Translations under genes and position numbers: made by a program
Origin: the human T2T-CHM13v2.0 reference genome, Homo sapiens
Assembly: GCF_009914755.1 (NCBI RefSeq)
Contig: NC_060937.1
Length of the DNA stretch: 64,000 nucleotides
Direction: 5' to 3' (one strand)
In this document: positions 54,261 through 64,000 of the stretch, in pieces
How positions within the stretch are numbered: position 1 is the first letter of the stretch
Layout: every line of letters begins with the position of its first letter
Notes under the pieces: model-generated
What the model saw: only the letters and a program-made list of their open reading frames with translations
The model's database searches: none
What the model was told of the DNA's origin: nothing

Positions 54261-55530
54261 TATTATCTCCCAACTCTCTTTTGTGTATATCTTTTATGCT
54301 TGACTACACATTTTCTTTTTGTTACCTAAGAAGGGCCTGTTAGTTTTACAAAAATCTTAAAATAAAATCACCTGAGAATAGATAACTGAATAGATCTGAG
54401 ATTAATTAACATAATTTATATAACATTTTGCATTTGCAGGATATTGGAACAGAATATTAGGGGGTAGACAGAGAAGATTCTTTAGGAGGACTTGACCTTA
54501 ACAGTTTTACAATTTAAAAATATTATTTCCAAAGTAATAAGCATTGTTTTCTTCTAGGGTGGAGACTAGAGGTTATTGTTCTTTTAGAAAAATTGCTTGA
54601 ATGGACATTTAGTTGAGCATGTCAAAGGGCAAGTTCTCTGCATTCCTGGGAATGCCATAAATTCTGTGAATTCACCCCAAGCAGAGACTTTAGGCTGAGA
54701 TAGTAGGCATTCTACTCAGTAAAGTAAATGTGTGCCCCTAAAACTCAGAAGAGTTTGTCCATTCTTAATCTGTATGTGCATCATTCATGCCTAAATGCTG
54801 TGGTCCATTCTTGGTTGCCAGGTATATGTGCATGAAGTTTTTGATGACAAGAGCTCGGGAGAAATAATTTGACTCACACCTTAACTTCTCTTCATGTTAC
54901 GTAGAGAAAAGATAGTGACAAGAATTACATTTCGTGCTGCTCAACTTGAGCGGGATAGATAGAATAAACCAGATTAGAGGGTAATGTATTCAACTACTAT
55001 TGAGGCTGTTTTGTCAAAGTCATGGGGCCAGATCAAGCCTATGGATATAGGAGGTGAGATTTTTCCTGTGTGGATTTCCGCATTTTAAACTGTCCTGGGA
55101 AAGACTTAATGATGAAGTGGGTCTTGCTTTGGGAAAGCCTTCTTCATATTTTCACTTGGCCTGAGTGTTGCCTGGCCTTTGCAGTGGATGTAGTGTTAAG
55201 TGTGCGTTACCCCCTGCTGCATGGAAACACTCCACGAGTTGGTCAAGAAGCTGGCTGAGTGGGGAATGACAATGTCAGATTTAGACTCAAAGAGTAGCCA
55301 CATCAAGTGGTGGTCATAGTGACTGCCTACAATGTTTTCCTCGTATTTAATCCTTCAGTAAAGCTAGTGTCCTATGAGGAAGTGCAGAGGGACTGCCTGA
55401 CAATGTGATGTAGTGTCCCCTATCACATTCATGTGCATTGAGAAGGGAAGGGAGCAGGTGGTGGGCTAAAGGGGAGTGGGAAGCATCAGACTGTGGCTGG
55501 TCTCAGCAAAGAAACAAAATCACCAGTCAT

Positions 55531-55676
55531 GGCCAGGTATGGTGGCACGTACTTGTGATACCAGTTACTCAGCCTCGCAGGGGAGGCTGAGGTGGGAGGA
55601 TCCCTCAAATTCAGGAGTTCAAGTCCAGCCTGGGCAACATAGCGAGACCCAGTCTTGGCAAATAAATAAATAAATA
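55531..55676 (+). mobile_element. FLAM (free left Alu monomer)
   Basis: Single left-arm monomer ending CCAGCCTGGGCAACATAGCGAGACCC plus (AAAT)n. Confidence 0.85.
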
Positions 55677-55918
55677 ATCACAAGAGTCAACCAAGTCTGA
55701 GGTGGCAGGGCAGATGGAGGAGGAAGAGCCAGGGACACCTGATACCAAACATGTATTCAAGATGGCACCATGAGGATTCTAGAAACAGGTGGGGGGCACT
55801 TTTGGGGGGCAGATTTCCAACAATGAGGCCATTGGGACTGGATTTTTTAAAAAGAGAGATTTTTTAAAAAGAAAGAAAAACATATTTGTTAATTATAGAT
55901 TGTTAAGACCTAGAATTT

Positions 55919-56223
<305 letters not shown>

Positions 56224-59200
56224 GCCTAGAATTTATGTGTTACACAAGGATGGTAAAACAGATTCAGAAATAGCTGACAAAGACTTCGGCTGCTGCAGTG
56301 GCAAGTGCCGAACAGCCTGTCCCTGACTTCACTCAGGCCCCATACCTGACCTATTCACACAGGGCCATGTGTGCAATGTTCTATACAAATTACTTACTAG
56401 GATAAAAGGCAAATATACTTCCAAATAAAGCCTTACTCCACCTCCCCACATTCATGTAGTCCACTGTCCACTGCTACCCTCTAACAGATTAAAAGAAAAA
56501 GATATATATGTAGTGGGGGCTTCTTCAAAGCAACCAGTGTTTAAAATGCATGCCCTTCCCCAGGACACCTTCTGCATAGAGAATTATATAAAACATTCAC
56601 TACACTCAACAAATTGGAATCGAAGAAAATTTTATCACAGTGTGAGATACCTGGCTACTGATTCCATGTGATAGATGGCTGTACGTTGATACATTTTTTA
56701 TTAACTTATTCAGTAAATACTTATATAGTCCCTCTTTGTAATAGGCACTATATTAGGGGATTAGATCACAGTTTTTGCCTTTATGTTGCTTACAGGCTAT
56801 TTCTGAAAGGATATAGGAAGATATATATGTGGGACTCTAATGCAAAATGTGGCAATTTGGAATCACAATAGAGACCACACAAAGATTGAAGGAAAATTGA
56901 TGTAACTGATTTCCTGAGAAAAACTGCTTTCTACCCAGACATTTATTTCTAAAGGTTATGATCATATATACAAAAGGGGTTGGGGAGGGCAAATGTATGG
57001 CATATGCTCTGTGGATTTTATTTTTAACATAGGGTAAACTCAAGTGGAAATGTTTGTTGTAGGTCTTTGTGTAAGAAAACCTGAGAATCAAAGTGGATGT
57101 TATTTTCAAATATGGTTTTGTAAAATACAGAAAATTGTCAAAGTGAATAGTTCTTCTATTGCCCTTTTTTTTTTCCTGTTATGACCTCATAAAAGAATAC
57201 AGAGCTGTGAATTAAGGGCCTCAGAATAAATTCCTCAGAGCAATTATGACCTCAGAGTATTTAAATAGCCTATTAGATCAGCTTTTTCAAATATGAGCTA
57301 CTTCAAATATACTTTAGTAGGTGGTCAATCAGTCAATCAGTCATCTTTCTATATGCCTGATGTACCTGGAATAAGAAAGGTAAAGCTATCCTCAACTGTA
57401 AAGATTGGAGAATGAATTTATTTGCTCAAAAAGGTTCCTACCGTATAACATGGGCCTTTACTACTAATATAACATGTATATAGAGCCCATATTTATCTCA
57501 GACAAAAAAAGATCTTTGGGTTTTTCATAGCAATTGTATAACTTTTATTTGAACCTTAAATTCTATTATGAATGCAACTGAAAAAAATATGCTGGGTGCC
57601 ATGATAATAGTTGATTGTTTTGGTGACTAAAAGTAACAGATAGATATACAAAGCCAGAATGCAGAACTAAAATCTTCAGTTTGACCCTGTGGGACATTTA
57701 ATTCCATAGGAAGATGGGGCTATCTTCTCTCTGAGTCTGTCGGTATGAATAAATTTCAAAATTCTCTGACCTGCCCATCCAAGTAGCTGCAAACGACTGG
57801 CTCACTGATGAGATCTTATAATTTCATGAAAGCATACAAAATAAAACAATGTTTTGTGGCAGCTGGTTCAGAGAAGTGGCCTCAGAAAAGAAGTAGCTCT
57901 ATGGTTCTACCTCCTTATTACCACTGTTCTTCTAGGAAGGACAGAACAAAAGTATTTTTGGAATTTTTCTATACTGTAGGAACGGTGCTAGGTACTGAGC
58001 ATGCAATGGCAGAAAACTCACACCCTGCTCTTAAGGAACTTAAAATCAGCCTGAGCACCTTCCAGCTTTCTCTAGTAGTAGGAAGTGCCACTTGAATTTT
58101 CTCTAAGATTGAAAAGAAAGTGAGCCAGAAAATAGCCAAACTGCCAACCCCTAATGTTTATAAGTGGATCTTTCCTGGGATGCAGCAACAAAATAAAGCT
58201 ACTAGCACAATCATGGAGTCCATCAAATTCCAGTTTATTAGCTATGTCTAGGTCCTTTTCCTGCTTGTACCCAAAGAAGACATTTCTCTCCCTCTCTCAT
58301 CCTTGGTCTTTATAGCGAGGCAGGCATGTCTGATTGCTCTAGAGTTTATCTCCCTTCTTGAAAACAACTACTCTTCTGGGCAGTTCTTTGGGCCATTGCT
58401 CCGTCCTTTTTGGATCAAGACCCTCAAACTCTTCATACTTCACTAGCCTGGTTCAATTTTTCAGTCTGATGCCCTCCAGCTCCTGACTTTCTTAACTCAA
58501 TCTCTCAATCTGTTATATATTACTTAAGGTCTTGTAAAAAACCCTCCTCATCCTTCCTCATATATATACATATGAAAAACATACATATGGTTGATATAGA
58601 CATATGATATAGATTATAAAGATATCATATATATTTGTGTGTGTGTGTGTTTCTGCATATATATGGAATCTCTTCTACTGCTCTGGCTAACCTTCCCACT
58701 TTACAATAAACTAAATTAGGATATATAAGTATATGTATTTTCATGGCATATGAGGGGTAAATAATGATGTGCACAGCCTATATAAATGCTCCTACCTAGC
58801 ATTGTACATTCATTTTGTTTTATCTGGGAAGAATTTTTAAGCATGGTTATAGAGATGAAGGAAAGACTAGAAGGGGAAATAGTTTCTGGTACAAAAGACA
58901 AGAATAGGAAACTGGAATGTAAGGGATTGAAAGCACATGATTTCATTTTACATGAGCTTTAGAGATAGTAAAAACTATTCCAACTATTTTAGAGTCAAAA
59001 ATGACACATTTCACCATAAAAAAGAGGCAAAAGGAAAACATTTTTGAAAATATAAAGATTACAGAAGACACTGACTAAATAACATTGTGTGTGTGTGTGT
59101 TTAGAAAGAAATAAGGCAGAAAGATAACTGCAGGTTATGACAGAATCAGCTGACAAAATATGCCTTGGAAGAGAAATCTGTGAATTATAAAGAAGCTTGT

Positions 59201-62200
59201 ATTATAGTAATTTCTTTTTATAATCTGACCTGCCTACCCTCTCAGAGCACATTCTATCTCTTTTGCAATCAGCAGTGGTTCCATCAAAGTTTGCCTTGTA
59301 TAAATATTAACTCATCTTCAAAGAAGCATGCAAGTCTTAAATTCAAATCTATTTTGCTTTTCTAGGCAGGTAATAGACTCTTCTAACTACCTGCTTGGTT
59401 CCCCGTTCCTGCCTTGATGTAACCTTCAGAGTGAGGTCACTAAAACCCTGGAGACTCAGCCTTGATCAGTTTCTTAGTCTAGGCTGGCCTCCTGGGACTT
59501 ATAAGGAGGCAAAACCAACAGCATTCTGTCTCTGCTTTTGTACAGAACTGCTGAACAAAAATGTCTGGCTCTGACCATAAAGCCTACTAAACAGTTTAGG
59601 CTCACAATTTATTTTTCTCTCTGCCCCATTTCACTAAATTTTCCCCAACTTTTCCATTTCCCCATGTCATCTCATTGCTGTCATTCTGCCCGTGAACTCC
59701 ATCTTTTTATGTGTAGGTACCTGCTACCTGCTGTCCCAACTTCCTAAAGGCATGAGATACCCTCCTGCCAGATCCACACTTTTTGCCACCTGTTGAATCC
59801 CTTCCCTTCCCCGATGCCAACTTCTGTGCCTGCTCTGCAAGTTTCTCCCTATCATTTGTTCTACTTCCACAGTTCAGCCTATTCTCTAGTTTTTTACCTT
59901 TTCCTCACAGGCCTTCCATGTCACTGACTGGGCAACATAACCACTCCCAGCATCGTCTAATCATCTAGGCTGAGCTTTGCATTGTCTTCAAAGGGTTGAT
60001 GAACAGACTCTCTTATGATGAGACATACCTCCAGATATAAAAGAACTCTTACAGATCATGTATTCCAAATCTCATAGCAATGAGGATAAATAGTCTAATA
60101 TTATATACCTTGTTTCATACTTTTTGTTCAAAGGAATGCTCAAGGAATACATATGTTAATAAGATTTCTGATCCTACGTATATCTTCCAAGGCTTGGAGG
60201 AAAAAAGCTGTTAAGCACTTGAGGAAAATATGTGCTAAGTGCTAGGAATCTCACCATCAGAACTGGAAGAGTCATCCTACAGGTGTAGGATGGTTTTGTA
60301 AAATACAGAAATGCAGGAATAGGATGACTCTTCTAGTTCTGATGGTGTGATTCCTAGCATTTCTTACAGTAGTTAAGTTGGGCTTTGAAAGATACAAAAA
60401 AAAATTCAGTAGGAGAAGACAGAGAAGAAAACCAGGAGTAGAAATTCTTAAAGTGAAATCATTTAGGATGAGCCTAGAGTAGCATGAGGCCAGGCTGATT
60501 AGAGTGGGGCTTTGTTCTGGAGCAAGAGAAGATGCTGGTGATACTTGTTCTAATCTATGTCTCAAAGTTTCCGCTGCCACAGAGAATTCAGGGGTAAGAA
60601 TTCTGGGTTAGAAAGCAGAAGAACTCATGAAAGTAAGGTTTTTTGAGCTCCATCTCAACTGTGATATTGAATTAGCAGTTCAACCCTATTGACCTTATTT
60701 TTTTTTCCAGTAGAAATAAATACACAAGACAAATAGCACTGCCTACACCTTGTGCCTACACTGAGAATGGTGTGCAAAATGTACAAAGAGAACTTCATTT
60801 AAAGGATTGTAACAAAACATTTTAATTTGTATTGAACAGTGTCTGTATTTCATCAATTTCATAATATACAACTCTATTGTAGGATTTCCAAACACCAGGT
60901 TCCATTTTGCTTAGGGAAGTAATTATTGAGTGCCCACTATGTGCCGTCCTGTTAGGGGAAGTGACATATGAATCCAGTCAGTTCCATCAAGGTGTTGAGT
61001 TAATTCTACTGCCATGAACTTGGTCTCCAACAAGATTGGGATAGTTTATAAGCCCCAGACTGCTCAAGGTGCCACAGAAAATGTCAGGCCCACTGTTGTC
61101 TTTTTAGTTCTTGGGGATGAATCTGTGCCTTGGATTTAAGCTGAACTGAATTGTCCCACAGAAAACTTCAGCCCATTATTGAATCCTGGGCTTCGTGCAT
61201 CAGATCATGACTCCCACTTCTCCATTGCCAACTCTTTTGACCCCGGCAACAAGGCAGTCTTCTGTGACTAAGACTCACACTAAGATCCTGAAAACGATCG
61301 CCTGAAGACTAATGGGCCCTTTTCTCCTCACCATAGATTTAGATTACTAATTAACTCATCTGCTACAAGTTCTCTAAGGGGTTATTTCTGCCAACCCAAG
61401 AAAAGCCACTTAGGCCCCCACTTCCCCCTGGTCCCCAGGGAAGGCTCTAAATGCTTTGCAGCCCTGCACACTTATAGGAAAGATGTACCCATCTTACATA
61501 CACAGGTTATGATCCCAAACCAGACTCCAGCCTGTTGAAAATTTAAGGGCCTAGTCTTACCTTGAATTCTTTTCCTAGTGTAAAGTTTGTAACAAAGCCC
61601 TATGTCTGTGACCCTTTTAGCTTGCAATGACTACTCGCTTCTACACAATTCCCTCAATTCTGTTGAGAATGATCCTGTTTTCCATGCAGTACTGTATCTC
61701 ACTGAAATTAAACAATTAAATCTGAATCCTTAGGGCTTGCACAAAGAAACTTTCAAATAATCTCAGATGCTTACAGCCCAGCAGGACAGTTACAACTCCG
61801 TAATGTATCCAGACATCATGTCAGATACACATGAAAAATTCTAGCATCTCTATATCAGTGACAGATTTCACACACAAAGCCAAACGATTCAAATCAGATC
61901 CTAGCATTCAAGCTTTTCAGTGAACAGCGCCTGAAATTAAATTACTTTGACCTGAAGCCCAGGCTGATGCTTAGCATTTCCTTTCTGGAGCCATAGTTCA
62001 CCTTTAGAGATGTTCTAATTTCCCCTTTAGAGATGTTGTTGGCAATTCCAGTTCCTGAAGAGGAGATTTGTTGCATTGCCAGACAGGGTCAAGCTTCCCC
62101 AGAGCAGGTGGTAAAGTATGTGTTGATTGTGGGAAAGCAGCACCAGGCGGATTTTCAAAGCCTGATCTTGTGATCTCATCAGATCATTGTGAGAAGTTTT

Positions 62201-64000
62201 AATCATTAATGAGCAAAATTCTTAGGAAGAATTCTGATTATTGTCATCTTTCCCTATCTCTGGGAATAGCATCTTTATAGCCCCATATTAAATATAGCTT
62301 CAAAGAGAAGCATTGGGAATATGTTTTTTGAAAACCTCATATATCAGTTGGTACAGTTTTATGTGCTTAAACTTTTGCAAGTGTGAATTTCTGCTTTAGT
62401 TGATTTTTCAATCTGCTTTATTTGATTTGGATGGTAGAGAAAAGATAACCATTTACTTTACAAAAAGAACAAATATTAACAGCTGCCTTGCTGGACTTTT
62501 TTGCATAAGTATAGTTTTTTTTAGAGGGAAAATTTCAAATTTGACAAAATTATTAAATTGATATGATATATTTTCATTATACTAAATTAAATTTCACTGT
62601 CACATAGCTAAAATTTTTACTAAAGATGCTGCTCTTTGGATTTGAATAAACCATTCATCTTAAACACAACACTAACACTGTCTTGTAAGCTCCGTATATT
62701 ATGTTAGCCTTGGGGCATTAACCTGAGAAAGGGAATTAGTTTGATTTAAAGGGCTTAAGCCAAATCCAATTTTTAGATTTCTCTGTAAACACAGAATCAC
62801 CATTGTTTTTTGAAGACTTGCTGTGTTTCTACAGCTATGATTATACCACAATAAAATGACATAAGATAACAAGACAGGGAAAAAATAAATCTCACATATG
62901 AAACTGATTTTGGTATTTATTATAGGGTTGTAACTGCACAATCCTCTTGTCAGTTTCAAATCCTATTTCCAGTTTGATTTGACTTTGATACTGTATACCT
63001 AAAAGTGGGGCATGACATCGTAGAAAGACTGTAGAGCTAGAGGCTCTGTTTTTGCACTCTTACTCACTAGAATAGATGCTTAATCTCTTTGAATCACAGG
63101 ACTGTCCCTTGGAGAATGGACATAATGATTTCTGAGGATATGTTAGTGTGATATTCTATTCCAAGAAAGTTATTACACTAGTTATAATAATACCGCCTGG
63201 AGCCCTCACTATTAATATTCAACTGTAAAACAGATGTATTATAATAGTAAAGGTATAAGTAACACAGACCATAGTAGTGTAGCAAAGTGGGTGGAACTTC
63301 TCAGTATCTTTTTCCTGGATACTTTGTTTTGAGTTGATCATGGAGGCTCTGGGTATTTTGTAGAAAACATGGTTTACCAAGAATCCAAATAATAAAATCC
63401 CTGCACGAGAGTAATATGAATTATATGTAATTTATATTACTAAATTATTACTGTATTACAAATAAAGCACTATTTTAAACCTGAGCATAGTGGTATTAGA
63501 GTTCTGCTTTTCTTGAAACTTTCTATAAGGAAACTCCAAGACATTTTCATGATTCTGTTCACCAATTTGAACTTTTTTTTAACAAGCCCAGGCATCAGAT
63601 CCCAAAAGCAAAGGAAAATTCAAAATTCATGCAATTCTGTGGTATAAAAATTAGACCTCGACAAGGGGTAGATTCAGATACCACTGCCATTGTTCCTCCT
63701 GGCATCTATTTGCCAGTGTAAAACATCCCAAGGGGATCTAGGTGGACAGACTTTCTAAAATTAATGACAAGTTACCAATGTGACTGTTCTCTTAAAGAGA
63801 GTTACATGGAATAGGAAGTTTCAGCTATATAGAAAATGAAAGCAGTAAAGAAAGAGAAAAAGAGGAAATCCCACTAGAAGATTAGCCAAGAATTGTTCTA
63901 GTAGGCAGGAATGTCTTTGGGAAATTCAGGATTCTACAGCTGAAGTCAAAGTATTCTGATTATGAGATAAAATGGAGAAAGATGATTCCTTACTTTTGCC

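Noticed and set aside
56300-64000. Long stretch with few recognisable repeats, examined for exons and RNA genes
   Set aside because: No coherent ORF, tRNA/snoRNA signature or paired strong splice sites found by eye; only a 14-bp direct repeat (CCTTTAGAGATGTT at 62001 and 62024) and old L2/MIR traces

Overview
AT-rich, repeat-rich primate DNA; AluY, LTR12 and L1PA3/4-like elements point to a catarrhine, probably human or great ape. It looks intronic or intergenic, and I could not recognise any host protein-coding exon or RNA gene. The only ORFs with real homology are decayed transposon genes: L1 ORF2 (16.1-18.7 kb, minus strand) and Tigger1 transposase (30.9-33.5 kb, minus strand). Other elements are about 11 Alu-family copies, a CpG-rich LTR12C solo LTR (36.0-37.5 kb), three THE1 LTRs, other old LTRs, MER5A/MER58/MER63, MIR, old L1M and microsatellites. 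The most interesting structure is a nested MER63>Tigger1 complex. It carries a micro-Alu with TSD, a 91-bp copy of nearby flanking DNA, and a rearranged MADE1 that forms a perfect 28-bp-stem hairpin. Also notable are an LTR12C promoter followed by a strong splice donor, a series of short + strand exon-like units that may belong to an unannotated spliced lncRNA, a minus-strand cluster of minimal introns near 7.4-7.8 kb, and three motif-dense enhancer-like blocks. Repeat subfamily names come from recalled consensus features, not from a search. I found no firm evidence of a new biological system; all functional ideas are hypotheses.
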